64,000 bases of DNA from Leptogorgia sarmentosa. Its lineage: Eukaryota. This document shows, one piece after another, positions 45,991 through 59,737 of the stretch (position 1 is its first letter; every line of letters starts with the position of its first letter). The DNA lies in contig OZ210885.1 of assembly GCA_964658305.1 (NCBI GenBank), forward strand, positions 24,552,001 through 24,616,000, in the 5' to 3' direction. The notes beneath the pieces were generated by a model, which made no database searches, was not told the DNA's origin, and saw only the letters and a list, made by a program, of their open reading frames with translations. The translations under genes and the position numbers were made by a program.

Positions 45991-48090
45991 CTTGAGTCTT
46001 TTGCCACAAAGAAGTTTCACGATGTTGTCTAAATCTAGACATGTAAGTATGTCTACAAGAGGCTTGGATGAACTGGCTACTTGCAACTTAAAAGACGATA
46101 GAAGATCGCTCATGAAGACTTTGACATCCTTTTCAACATCACTTGGAACGCGCATTTCCCAATTATCCATAGTTACCATTTTGCCGTCCACTTCTTTTGT
46201 TTCAGAAGAAACAATCAACCATCCTTGTACCAGTTCTGTATTTTTAAAAGAACTGGCAGTGATTTCTGTGGCATACTTCTTTAGCATTGGCAGATGTGAT
46301 GACGCGTTTTGAAAAGAAAATTCATCTTGTATCCCCTCCATGTGCTCCCTCAGTCGATCCCACCAAAGACCAATCTTCCAACATGGGACACTCAAGCCCT
46401 GTAGAGCCACTGATAGTTCAATATATGGCTTCAAAATGTCGCAGATGCTGCAGAGATCGAGAAGGAAGTCTATACCAGCAATTTGAAACTCTTTAACCTG
46501 AAATGAGATTTATATTCAAATGACAATATTCTTATTGTAGTAGCACAAGTCGTGACCACTTTACAAAATATGTAGCTAATCCAACAGCCTAGGTTAAGGC
46601 CATTTTGCACTTCAACCATATCGCTGCGAAAACGAGCTTCACAGACCATTTTCATAATAGATGACTTTATATTAAATTATTTTATATTCTTTTACTTGCA
46701 TCTTAATAAATCTTTTATATGCCTCGTTTCAGTAGCTCAAATTGAACAACTAAATGAGGCTAGGAAGGCATATCAAGATGAATTAAATATTAAAGAGAAT
46801 ATTTAAGTCTGTCTCCACTATGAAAGAGGTATAAATAATAAAGAAAAAGATTATTGAAACTAACCTCCGTATATTTAAATTCCCGGAACGTTTTGATATA
46901 CAGGGGAAGACTGTTGATCAGTTTCCGAATTCGACATACTGCGAGGCAGAAAACCTTGTACTACATGATCGGCTTGTCAATCTCAACAGCAAATCATCAT
47001 CACTTTTGGCCATCGCTATGGCATGACTCAGCATTTTTCCTCTCTGGAAAATTCGGTGAATAATACTCGATCGTTTAACCACTCGATCAAAAAACTCTTT
47101 CGAGGAACCACTTTTACCTTCAAATACGTCTTTGAGAGCAATATCGACATGATGCGGAGGATCCCACAAGACTGTAAAAAACGCATCAGCCATTTTTTGG
47201 TTACTCTTTTAATGTAGACTCGAATTCTGCGGCTTGATACGCACCGTCACAAACCGTACCTTGATACGAACCATTTATCAGGTCTTTTGAAAGGGATGGG
47301 TAAGCACTTTGAATTTCGCCATAAATGCCTTCGGCTAGTTCTTTTGCCTCGGCTCCCGACACATCCCCCTGGGTGGCAGAATTTGAATCAGAATACACTT
47401 CGGCTGCATTTACAGGAATAGCGCAACGCTTACCTTCGACCATCAAGCACAGCATTACAGCATGGTTTGTTATCCGATGTGGTGTCGACTTGTCGCTAGT
47501 AACATAAAAATGAGGTGGCAACTGCGTTGCAAGAAGTGGAGTGGCCAGAAATTTTTCAGTTTCTCTATTGATCCATAAATTTGCACATCGCAATATACCG
47601 ACGAACTGTTTACGTCCATGTCCAAGTTCTCCGACATCAGAACCAGTATACGCATGAGCCAAGATAAGCGTTTCATAATGAAGTGCGGCCGCCTTTACTT
47701 TTACGACCGTAAGAGCAATACCAACCAAGTTCTCTGTCACTGTTTGGTCCCGAGTCTTTCTTGTTCATACTATAAAACAGTTAAAAAAGAAGACACTCGA
47801 TGAATATACTTTAATAAGTACCGGTAATTAAAATGTATGAAACAAACAAATTCAATGACAACACGTCTATTGCATAAATATACTTGAAATACAGATAGCT
47901 GTTCGAATTTTTTATCTAAAAAGGAACGTTTACCTGTAGCGCTTCGAAATGCAAATGGCCTCCTGCAAGAGTGATATGACTTTTTATTGTGCTCTTTAAA
48001 TTGAAAAATTCTTGGCAACTTCCTTCTAAAAGCCGTGTCGTTTTTTCTGGGTCAAATACGAGTCCCGTTGCCAGTGATCCACAGTACCTA
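45990..48090 (-). pseudogene. Truncated transposase of the same divergent hAT-like clade as 12137-19289
   Basis: GSDVGELGHGR, SDKSTPHRITNHAV, CDGAYQ, WDPPHHVDIA, STRF and PCWKI align with motifs of the first element; contains stops and frameshifts. Confidence 0.85.
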
Positions 48091-48223
48091 CAGGCTGGAA
48101 TAATGGTCTTAGAAAATTTACAGCAAAACGAAATAACATAAAATTATATTAATTTGTTCTCTAAATGGTACGAATTAAAACAGGTTACTAAATATATCAC
48201 GATTAACATACCCTCCAAGTCCC

Positions 48224-49462
48224 TTGTTTGCGATTGCATCTGGTTTTGACATTAGAGCGTCAGTTTTGAATATCAAATCGTCAGGGATAGAAGATGCAGA
48301 CGAACATGACTGGAATGAGAAGGAAGACGTGGACATTGACTTTGGACATTGCGAAGAAAAACAGGTCCAGGATGGTTACTACCACATAGTTTTTGCTCAT
48401 CCAGAGGCATTAATTTCATCAAGCTATGGAAGGGGTCTATTGTTGAGCAAGACATACCAAGACAATGTTGTTGCAATTGTTGTTGACGAGGCCCACTGTA
48501 TTGTTGAATGGTAATTGTTTTAAATTAATTTCCAACTATAAGTAAAAGTACTATTATTGTTTGATCTATTCCGATGCTAATTGTGTATTTCCATTGTAAA
48601 TGTTTATAGGGCTAGCGACTTCAGGAAAGACTATGGAAAATTATGTGCACTGTGTGCACTTTTCCCAGATGTTCCATGTTTGGCCATGACAGCCACAGCA
48701 AGTCAAACTGACATGGAAGCTATCAAGGACTCACTTGGATTGAAAAAATGTGTGTTTGTTGTGGCAAATCCTGACAGAAAGAACATATATTATGAAAAAA
48801 TCTTTCGACAAGGCCAGGATGCAGATTCTGTTAAGTCAATTTTGATGCCAATAGCAAAGGACTTGTTGGAGAAGAACTGTAGGTATCCAATCACTGTTGT
48901 ATACCTTCCTTTAAAACTATGTGGGTTTGCCTACAGATTGTTTGAGTATGTTCTTGGAGTGAAACAGTATTACCCCCATGGCTCTGATCCAATTCCTGCC
49001 AACCGCCTATTTGTCCAGTTCCATGCCCCGCAGACCACTAAGATGAAGGAAGAGATATTAAAGCAACTATGCTCACAATCCAGCATCGTTCGTGTCATAT
49101 TTGCAACTGTTGCAATAGGCATGGGTGTAGATATCCCTGACATTCAACGCATCATTCACATTGGTCCACCATGCACTGTGAAAGCCTACATTCAAGATAC
49201 TGGACGTGCTGGCAGGGACGGCAACCAATCTTATGCCATCCTATATTATAACAATTATGATATTAGCAAAAACAGAGTGAACATGCAAGACGATATGAGA
49301 AATTTCTGTGCAAGCGATAACATTTGCTTGAGAAAATTAATGCTCGATTCACTTGATTCAAAGTATGCAATTTGTATGAAGCATTTACACCTCTGCTGTA
49401 GTGTGTGTGAAACAAAGTGTAAATGCAAAACATGTTTAGATACATGTTTGGAAGACATATGA
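48224..49462 (+). pseudogene. RecQ-family helicase of AcademH, 5'-truncated; intron 48511-48609
   Basis: VFAHPE, VDEAHCIVEW|ASDFR, AMTATA, FHA, FATVAIGMGVD, QDTGRAGRDG, Cys-rich tail. Confidence 0.9.
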
Positions 49463-49620
49463 ACAATAACAGATAACTTGGATTGAACTTCAAAACACAC
49501 TACAGTGCATCCCAAAAGAATGTCAATTTGACAGAAAAGGGAATAAAATCACCTTTTATCAATGAAATACATTTGAAAAAAGAACAAGTTCGCAGTGTTG
49601 ACTAGTAATAAAGGGTTTTT

Positions 49621-49765
49621 TTTGTCTGTTTATCACCAACTATATACAACTATACACCCTATACCCAATTGTGCCCAGAAATATAAATGTGCCCCCCCCC
49701 CCCCCCATTATTTGTCTGTTTATCACCAACTATATACAACTATACACCCTATACCCAATTGTGCC
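49621..49765. repeat. 55-bp direct repeat (2 copies, 90-bp period)
   Basis: TTTGTCTGTTTATCACCAACTATATACAACTATACACCCTATACCCAATTGTGCC at 49621 and 49711. Confidence 0.9.
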
Positions 49766-49777
49766 TTGAAATTCACT

Positions 49778-52591
49778 CTATAGACTGTTGCAAATCATCA
49801 AATGCTGGATAATGCATAATAATGTTATTTTTATGCTTAGTAATCCATTCTCTAAACTTGTCCTCGTCAAAAGAATGTATCGGGTTACATGAAATGTCAG
49901 AGAAAGACTCATATTAATGAGCATTTCAATGGAATACTCATTAAATCCAGGATTGGAAAAAAAATGTAACAACATCTGCTTCCTCAAGATTGACATATGC
50001 TCACCATTGCCATCAGCAACAGCATCCTTCATATCTGCTAAAACTAGGAAGGTACGAATGACATTTACACCATGGCACCAAATACCATCCTCAGATTCAG
50101 CTTCCTCGTCCTCTTCCTCTTCCACACTTTCCACAAAAACATATTCATCCAAGAATTTGTCCAGAATGTGGTTGATGTGACTGTGCAAATTTTCGGTTTC
50201 ACAATCTCTATGAGGACTGTTAACTGTTGGTGTCTGTTTTGCATCTTCCATTTGGAAAAATTCCAAAAGGGCTTCAATAACAAAACAAACACCAACACTG
50301 TAAAACAGCTGTTCACAATCCTCATAGTGCTTCACATCAATTGTGACGTTCCTCCGGTTCAATTTCTCCCTGAAGTACCGAATAGTACCTTTTTCTCTTC
50401 CTGAGTTCTTGTATAGCCGCTTAAATGCTGTCTGAACCAAGTAAAACATAAGGAGATTAATTTTTCAACAATTATCCACCCTTCCTCCCCTTGACAGTCA
50501 AATTATCCAATGACAATCAAATTAATTGGCATAAGTGAAAACGTTATTGAGAGAGGGGAATTGCAGCTTAGTAGGCTTACTATGTACCCTATATTGACAA
50601 TCCTATAACTAGGGGTCAATAAACTACACAAATACATTATATAAAAGAAACTTCTGTTATATTCCTAAACACTAATAACATAAATTGCACTGTATACCTT
50701 TAAGAAACTTCTTTTTGTATGCCAGTCGACCATACAAAATGGATACAAATGGTCCAACCTCTGCTTCGCTGAATGACAACCAGCACGCAGGTCTTTCGAA
50801 CCAGCCATTCTAACTCGTGTTAGTTGGTCACCAAAGCATGGTATTTTCACACCATGCAATGGATCACTTTGAGAGGTAGTGGGTGGAATATGGTTGATCT
50901 GGTCTGGAATGGGCTGAAGTCACAGGGGTGGTGTTACTTACAGTAGGCTCGTTGGAAGATTCACACAAACCAGCAGTGGAGTAGATTTCTTCGGTCCATT
51001 GCTCCAATTGATCTAAAATTTCTACACAGTCAGAGTACTTCTTCTCATCTTTGAGTAAGATGGGCATAGTTATAACTTCTGACTGTGTTGACATTTCTAC
51101 AGTATAGGAGTGACTCATGGCTTTGGGCATGTGGGCTTTGAACTTTCCAAATGAAGGGAAATGTTCCAGCAAAACTTTTCCAATAATATGTTTGTAGTGG
51201 CTTCTAATGGTAAGTAGTTCTGAAGCTTTAATAGCCACAACGTCACCAACATCACACATACGGATATCCTGTTGTGGAGCAGAATCAGGCAGGTGTTGAC
51301 ATGGGACCCTATCAAACACAATGCTGGTGGCAACAGCATGGACACTACGATTCTGAACATCTTGCCTCATATCATGGGCCTTCTCCTCCCAGTCAATATT
51401 GTCCAGGACATAAACAAATGTGTACCCAGACTTTACCAATTGGACAGCACGGTCTATAAAATGATTTCCAATATCATCCAGAATTGCATATTTCATATTG
51501 GGCTCGAGGCACAATCCATACTTATGAAACTCAGCAACCAACTAGAAGCAAAATGACCAAAAATAATCATATGTAAACCTATTGCAGAATGATGCAGCAT
51601 TAATCACAACTTTTCAAATGTTCATCCTTGATATGGCATTGCAACTAAATTGATTAAAAGCAACCATACAGGATTCATATAGAATTGCTTGCCTTAGTAC
51701 TATCAACAAGCAAATCTTCAATTGACATTCCTAAATATGGTCCTAGCTCACTTCAGGTAGCCACATGCCACATGGCAGGTTGCATTATATTATATTTGGC
51801 GCATAGGTTTCATTGAATGCACCGTAACTGGTGATTTGCACAACCAGTAATTAAATAATGGTTGACAATATCTATGAGGTAGCTAGTCAAACCTACTGTG
51901 AGACTATCTATTCTACAAAATTTGTACGACTATTTGACTAGCTACAGCTATACCGTTGCAAACGTCTTGAGTAAACTTACATTAGTAGATGCTTGGCCTT
52001 GCAACAGCAAAACAGAATTTATTCTTTGTATTCTGCTTAATTCATGGCATCTTATGAACATCATGATAGCATAAATTAAGCAGATTGCAGGAGTTTTTTT
52101 CTGAGGATTGACTTCAAATTCCAGCAGACCAGAGAGAAACTTGAAAACCATTGGGCATCTCCTCTTTATTTAACATTTTGAGTCTGGCAGTCGGTTGCAG
52201 ATGCACTGAAGTCAATGCTGCACCGACGACGAGAAATTCCAGCTGCCTGTACCTTTGTAGAAGGGTTAACTGATGGCGATAACTCCACACATCGTTTCGT
52301 ACGAAGATTAGCGTGTAATTCGCATTGAGTGTCCGCAATAACCTTTCGAAATTGAATGGCATTGTTGAGACGCCTCTCACATGGCCCGCAAATGTGGCGC
52401 GGAAGATCGTCTTGTTGTGGCAATTTGGCACCATAAAATATCTCGGCGTTGCGAACAATTTGTAGATTTTGCTTACGGAACAAGCTTTTACTATGCTTTG
52501 GGTCAGCAACACAATTGCAAAGCCTACAACGCGAAATACTGCTCTTTAAGTTCTCTTTCCCATACAGTTTTTTTGGCGTTTCACTAGCCAT
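49778..52591 (-). pseudogene. AcademH transposase, multi-exon, with frameshifts and an internal deletion
   Basis: N-terminal C..C/C..C finger (MASETPKK..CRLC..ICGPC), VLDNIDW, FGDQLTRVR, DWHTK, DAVADGNG. Confidence 0.8.
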
Positions 52592-52912
52592 CGATTCGAG
52601 TGAATGAAAGAGAATGAAATTTGAGCCCAATGCGCCTTAAACCATGTGTACACAGTAATACAATACTCCATTTATCAGTGTGAAACATGATATTGGTCAA
52701 ATTGTTAATCCGTGGTCGCATCCAAAAACTATTTTTGTATTTTCATGTTATTCACAATACATATATTTTCTTATGCAAAATTTCCACTCCTCAGCCACCC
52801 CTCCCTAAGTAACATTTTCATTTTCCCCCAAAATTTGGGGGTTCACGTGACCAGCCCCAGCCAGGGTCTTTCCTAAGCGAGAGCGAGGATCAAGACCCTG
52901 GGTACGAGGTTG

Positions 52913-54539
52913 CCACCACTTTTACGACATATGGCATGTTGCACGGTCACTCACAAAAAAACTGTTAAAGGCCACGAAAGAGAAAGGGTGTGAAGCAATT
53001 AAAGACTGGATGAAAGGCATTCGGAGGCACATGTACTGGTGTGCCACATCTACTGTACCAGGATTTGGAGCCCTTATCAAGGCAAAGTGGAATTCCTTCT
53101 TGCGACATGTAGCAGACAAGCATACAGAACACCCAGATCCACTTTTCAAAAGTTGCAAACACGGCAGTCTTCAGCCACGAAAATGGATAAAAGTTATAAT
53201 TTAATGGGTATTATATAATGGTAACTGAGTGGAGGGCAGTTTGGTCTGAAAGTGCGATTTGTAATCACAAGTTTGATTTCAGACCAAAATTGCCCAACAC
53301 AACGTGCAATTTCCACTTTATTATTATTCATTTTGAAGTCTGAAACAACGGCTGTCACTTTCAAAATGAATATAATAAAATACTGGTATATAAGCATTAT
53401 TACCATTACCATTACCATTAGTTACTTTATTATCATTAGTATGAAAAGGAACTAGGAAGCTATTACAATAACATGCAGGTATTTGCAATACTGTACATGG
53501 ATATGGTCTGACTAACTCCTTTGTGTTGTAGGAACCACTGCATATGACAGATTGAAAAGCATCTTAACAAAGAAATCACTTCTCAACAACATAGAGAAAC
53601 TCTCTCCTGATGCCCAAACAAGTGCTCTGGAGGGTTTTCATTCAACCCTTAATTTCTGGCATCCCAAGATGCTCGGATTCTCTTGGCAGGGAACCTATTG
53701 CAGGTAATTAAGGTTGCAGTGCTGTTGCATTGTGTATTTGTTTGCATCATCAGTGAAAAATAGATAATACTTTAATGTTTTATTATAATTGTAGGCATGC
53801 ACTGGCAAGCCTGCACTTCAATGAAAATGTTAAACGCAAAGCTTGGATGTCAAATGAAGGCAACAAGTGTTACCGAGTAATGTACCCGAAGTTTAAAGTT
53901 GGAGAAGAGGTTGTACGAGAGGTGGTTGTCCCTCCTACATATGGTATGTCTACTCTGCCAAATATAAGGAATTTAAGTTTAGTACAACAGATGTAAGAAG
54001 GCACTGTAAATTAAATTCAATGTAAATTATAAATTTAGGGTATGTTGAATGTATAAAAAAGCTAGTCTTCTCCTTGGAAAAAACTGAATTTTCTACAATA
54101 AGAAACAGATATGAGAAGCTAACACCAAAGGCACTGAACACGCAATTTGAAGAGCGTCTATCAAAGAATGATGCCGTACAGAGGTACAGTGTGAAAAGCA
54201 GTGCATTGAAAACAACACAAGCTTTCCCCTCTGGTAAGACATTGTTAAATGGCATAGAGCCAGCATTACAGCTGTCAACAGGGGCTGTGGTATGAGACAA
54301 CTGATTAACAATATATTAATATAATTAAATCACTAAGTACTGTACCTATTACTTGTTAATGCTTGTAACTGAAGTTTTACATTTATCAATTTTGTTAGTT
54401 GAAGACCAAAATCAAATGCAACGGCAGCTTCAATCTTGAAGCAGGCAATCAAGCTGCAAAGAAGCAACGATTTTGTAGGTCTTGCAAGATGCCAATGCGA
54501 GGTCACCCCAGAGGAAGATGCTCAGTGGGCAGTAGTTAA
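52913..54539 (+). pseudogene. Kolobok transposase, C-terminal half (multi-exon)
   Basis: HFYDIWHV, WMKGIRRHMYWCA, QTSALEGFHS, LASLHFNEN, terminal CRSC...H...C; GT-AG exons at ~53532-53703 and ~53795-53943. Confidence 0.85.
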
Positions 54540-54755
54540 ATCTGTATGGTAGTAATACATGAATTAAGGTGCATCAATCAGGTACACATATTTCATATCA
54601 GTAACTTGTGTTGTCACTACTCTGTTACTAGAGAGTTTAAGTTTGACTTCCGATACCAACAACATGTCATGCACATGTGCTGTGCTCACAAAAAGCCAGA
54701 GGAGTAAAATGACTCAGCACTATAAGGTAGTTAGCTTTTTCAACCATTAAAAGTT

Positions 54756-55637
54756 CTAGTTTGTTGCATTTTTATAGCCATGTGAACTACCTGTTTGATA
54801 CCTGGTTCGAATGTCTTGATATATGCATGCTGGTAATGGTCTAGTATTTTCCCACCCCATGTACCCACACAGCCAACGATATGCAGTGGCCCTTATAAAT
54901 CTGAAACAGAAAAATATATTTTAACTCCAGTGATACAAGAGTAGCTTGTTTTGACAAGTGCCAAACCATAAAGTACACTGCACCATTTGACCACAGATAT
55001 ACTTACTCATTTTCTGATACTCCAGTGTGCTTCTTATATTTACTGCCATCCCGATGTTTCAGTAAAGGACCTGCCTGGAGGAGAACTGCACGATTGCTCA
55101 AAGCAACGTAATCCTCGTGCTGTGTGATGCATTTAATATGTTCAATTGAGCCATCAAATACTAACCTCCCCAAAGCATCAACCACCTCACGGCAACAGCG
55201 AAATTCTAAGGCACCGACAAGATTTTCGTCACTGCAGTGACTACATTTACACCTGGAAAAGAGTATTATTTGACAGTTTGTAAGCATTGTAATAGCATTA
55301 GAAGAATCCACTAAGAGTTTCATGAACAAAATGCCCAACATTTAACAATGTGAACTTGTACACTTCGATTGAAATCTTACCAAGAATCAATAGCTACGAT
55401 TTTTTCGTAGCGTTGCTCTAGAACTGAAGCAGTTAATCCATCGATATCTGTTTCTTTGTTTGCTTCTTGCCCGTTGCTTTCGTTATTAATGTCACTTAGA
55501 CCCGGTTCTGCCAAAGGTTCGTCTTCATAAGGCTCATATACTCCATTGTATGTGTTGTAGTCTATTTCATCTGAACTGCAATTTGAATCCTCCTCGGGAA
55601 ATGACAGATTTGTTTCGCTGTCCGATTCACTTGACAT
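54756..55637 (-). CDS. KolX-like protein (P2X7 C-terminal ballast-like, Cys-rich) of a KolobokP-like element; exons 55637-55381, 55252-55007, 54900-54756
   Basis: PYEDEPLA, W|CKCSHC, CCRE, CITQH, AYRW..G.MG..NTRPLPACIY..IR; phase-compatible introns; convergent with the Kolobok transposase. Confidence 0.8.
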
Positions 55638-55875
55638 TTAACGGCAAGATTTATACAAAAAAGTCCGAAAACACAACTAATTTTACCACTGCAATGCGAA
55701 AACATGAGTCAAATCGAAATTGTTGTGCAAACAATGTGACGTCACTAAATACTAAATTCAGTCCCAGTCTTCCGGACAAAATTTTTCGATTATTTGTTAT
55801 CAATTCATAGCCACAAACTCTTCTTATAATGAATCAGATCAAATTTCCAACTAAAGGTATTTTTTTCAACCCCCT

Positions 55876-58131
55876 ATGGACGTATTAATGCAAAGAAAAA
55901 AATTGTGTCATATACACTTTAAACAGTCTATCTTCAATGTCAAAGATCTTTTGCATGCTACTTACAGTTGTCTTGACTATGTGATCATTTTCCGTGTGAA
56001 CATGCAAGTCAGTAGTATCATTTTCATTGCAATTATCAATATTAGACATACTTGCTCCGGACAAATCTTCATTTTCTTCTGCTGATGACAACTCTTGATT
56101 GTACTCCTGTCTTGGCCATGGTAGTGCATCATTAGCATAAATTCTGCATGCTCTCTTGCTTCCTTAAGTGAAAATGTTTTGGTGTTTTTGTCAAATGGAA
56201 GTCTCTCTGAATGCTCTGTGGTCGGAATGGAGAACTCTTTAGAGAACTGATCTAAAATAGCACAAGTACCTGCCAAGGTACTGTTATTCTCTAATGATAT
56301 GGGCAATATAATGGTGTCAGTCTTTCGTGATGATTGTGAAGAATCAATGTAAGAGTAATCAGCTGACACTTTAACTTCTGTTGATACGGAATATGATTGC
56401 GTGGATAAGCAATGATCACATTCTTTTTCAGTCATTTTACTTAATGGTTTTTCTGTTGAAATATTTAGACCATCATGTAGTAAGTTAGTAAAATAAAAAA
56501 TCAAGATGCTCATTCCACAGTTCACTGTGTTTTTTATTGTTTTCCAGGCTAATGTCCCCAAATTTAAAGTTTATGACATTGTGTTGACTTTGGCATGCAG
56601 TCTCTGTTGACATTAGCAACTCTTCAATTCCATCTAGGTTTGGAATTAACATTCCTCTTACAGTAAAGTTACACATATTACTTCCGTAGGCTTTAAACAG
56701 TCGATGATGCCGCTTATTTCCACGGTACATGTTGACATTATCTATAAGCAACAACAATGGCATCTCTTGTGGTGTAGAGGCTGAAACATGCTTTGTTTTG
56801 TCTTCTAACTGCTGGTCAAGATAATTCATCAATGTGTTCCAATGAAGAGTAAGACCACACTTATTGAGTATATTAACCATGCGCCAACCAGCACCATACG
56901 AGACAAACAAGATTGTAAAAAATAGTGTCACATCATTTCTGCAGTGTCGATTTTGCAAGCTTGTCAATAATGGATAAAGCATGTATAGCACATTTTGGTT
57001 TCCAGTCTGAAATTTCACTTTCAGGAAATAAACTTTGAATAACACTTGTTAGTAATGGCAGTCTCTTGTAAAATTCAATTTCAAATTATTGAAAATATCA
57101 CTAGATATCGTTTCCTCGAGCGAAGTTGCACCACGCCTAATACCAAGATCCACTAGTTCAGATAATTTATCATACTCTGATATCATGACTGACGTTTCTG
57201 TGGCTGAAAGTGAATTGTCTGGGCTCCTTTGCAACAAAACTTTCAACTCTCTTTCATAAATTCGATCAACACAGTTTGTTAATTGAGTAATACTTTGCAT
57301 TTCTTGATTATACATATTGATCACAGAATGCAAGTAGACACTGCCTTGGACATCAGAATTAGACATAATTGTGTCCATTATCTTCTTTGCATTGTTCCTA
57401 TGAGCTGATATCTCTCCTTGTAGTCGTAGAATTTCGGTGTTTTGGCTGACCTCCAAATCTGGTGTTTCATTTGACAATTCAAAGGAAATAGACTTTCTCA
57501 TATTTCTGTACTGTTTCATTCGTTTGTCATATGTAACAGTGGGGAATGCAGCCTTTACTGATCTGGTGGTCAAACTCTTGCTTTCAGCTTTCAGGTAATC
57601 CATAAGTTCAGCCTGGTCTGTTGTTTTTCCAGGACTTTCAACATATTTTCCTTGAAGGCGAGACTGCAATACATTTTGCCTTTTTTTGCAAGCATCGCCA
57701 TGTAACCTTTTTGGTGGGGGTTCATATTCACTTTGGCCAAGTTCTACTTCTGCTTTTCCTCGTTTACTTTTAACTGGTGTGCTTGTTATTAATGGAGCGT
57801 GTTCGTGACCAGGGTATTCAGAGAACTCATGATCAGACAGTTCAGGTCCTTCTATAATAAAATATGCTTTATCTTTCGGTACACGAGAACGTTTATAATA
57901 ACATTATGCAATGATATTCATATTATTAAACCGACTTTTGGAAGAAAATAAAAGGGCAAAATAGCCTTATTGTGAATAAGGTTTACATTCGCGCATACAT
58001 TGAAATGGTATAAATTTAACACATTCGAGACGTGAGTACAAAAGAGAGCAAAAAATAATAGTTTACCTTCCAAAGATAAATTATGTAGGGATTCATTCAA
58101 TACGTCAACATCGTGATTCGAATCGTCATCC
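55876..58131 (-). pseudogene. Second, divergent Academ(H)-like transposase remnant
   Basis: GAGWRMVNILNKCGLTLHW, LLIDNVN and ILPISLENNSTLAG resemble the Academ DN-motif region; stops and frameshifts present. Confidence 0.55.
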
Positions 58132-58261
58132 ATATTTGCATATTTTTGCGAAAGGAACAACAAATGATAACTAAACGGTTAAATCACATCATTGGTTGAA
58201 TAAGTATCGCCAAATGTCTCGCTACTGAAGAAAAAACTTTGGAATGCAATAAAAAAATTAG

Positions 58262-59600
58262 GATGTACCACTTTTCGAGCTTTTGTCCCAGAAATCGAAC
58301 CAGAAACGGTATCATGCCTTGACGGGCGGATATGATGCGAGTTCCAGCTGGCTTGGACTATGAAGGTCGTCACTCAACACACCATGGAAGCAGAACCAAA
58401 GGCATTCTTTCTCAAGTTCGTTGTCCATGTTAAGTACACCAGAGCTACACATGTCTTTAAAAAAAATTATCCACCAATGGGATAATGGGATTTTGCAGGT
58501 GTTACCACCAGTTTTCAATTCTTGGGTTCCGAGTGGATGTACCATACTGGTGTGATTTGTCCGCAGCATACTCGTCATCACTGTTAGCACGAAACAAACA
58601 CTACATTGCTGCCATTGTGCCATTTTCAGTCGCGCAGTCAGTCCTCATTAAGACTGGGCACCCTTTCAACTGCCCAACAACTCCAAGGTACAGTTGAGCA
58701 GGACTCTGGGGGAATTGTTGGACTTGACAACCTCTAGCCACAATACCTTCCAGCTATACCCATCAACTGCGCCATGTATCGGGAAGCCAAATGGCTTTAA
58801 TTTATCATAGCCTTGGCACAAATACTGTAATATATAACCATATTGTCATAAATTTTCCATGCAAATATGGGTGCAAAATGCAAAATCCAAATAGCTTCTC
58901 TTCTCTTGCTAATGCAAATTCATTCAGTTTACAGGAAATAAGGACCCACAAGGGCACTGCACTTCAATTAGCTTAATAGCAAAGCAACAAATACAAAGAA
59001 ATAATTTTTGCTTTGTTTCTTTTCAAATGTTAACAGCCCTCAATATGACAATAGGGTTTTTGACATGAAGGGATTGGTCTCCACTATCTTTTGTACTTTT
59101 TGCAAACAATTTGAGCTTACCGTCTACATGCCAACATTGATTTGGTCCTTGTGATGTGTACTCCTCCTCCTTAGTCTTCTTGCTCTCCTGTTTGGCTTGC
59201 AACAGGATCTAGCTCGCGAAGGATCCTTGCTACCGTATCTCTGGGTGGATGTACCTTATGGATTAGCCTGAGTGCATGCCAAATTGCTCTGTATCCTGAC
59301 TGCTCACCAGCATTGGCCATTTCAATTTTAATCAGGTTTCTCACACTTTCTTCATCTATCATCACATTCTTTCACTTCAAGTCACTCTTTCAGCCACCTT
59401 TTAAGAGTTCTTAAACTTATAGAAATTCCATGATGTCTATTCATGAAATCAATTATAACATCATAGGTATAGCCACAGTTGAAATAATATGCAATGACTT
59501 CTTTTTGATGATCAAGAGGAGGCTGATTTGCTGCCACTAAATGAATATTACAACTGCAATTACTGCATGTCAATATATCATTGTAATGTTTTCTTTGACA
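58262..59600 (-). pseudogene. IS3EU-like (HTH plus integrase-core DDE) transposase remnant
   Basis: YYFNCGY...ISLRTLKR, SGYRAIW, GPNQCWHVD|GYDKLKPFGFPIHGAVDGYS, RTD, WNSHHIR; several frameshifts. Confidence 0.8.
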
Positions 59601-59737
59601 AATATTTCAAGTTTTGAATGACACATATTTCACCATATTGCCTGTGTACTGTCCCTATCATGAATGATTGCTACATTTATATTTATTAAAATGTAAAAAT
59701 AGTATTTATTCAGGTTAAAAAGTATTTACTGTTGACT

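Larger units (their letters stand above)
48224..52912. mobile_element. AcademH DNA transposon (RecQ helicase plus transposase, convergent), left end deleted
   Basis: Gene content, and right terminus ...AAGACCCTGGGTACGAGGTTG at 52912 abutting a Kolobok exon mid-sequence. Confidence 0.85.

Noticed and set aside
48224..49462. Host RecQ/WRN/BLM gene
   Set aside because: It is 5'-truncated and paired convergently with an Academ transposase inside a TIR-bounded unit, so it is TE cargo.
54756..55637. Host P2X7 receptor gene
   Set aside because: No transmembrane or ectodomain exons; only the Cys-rich domain, next to a Kolobok transposase.
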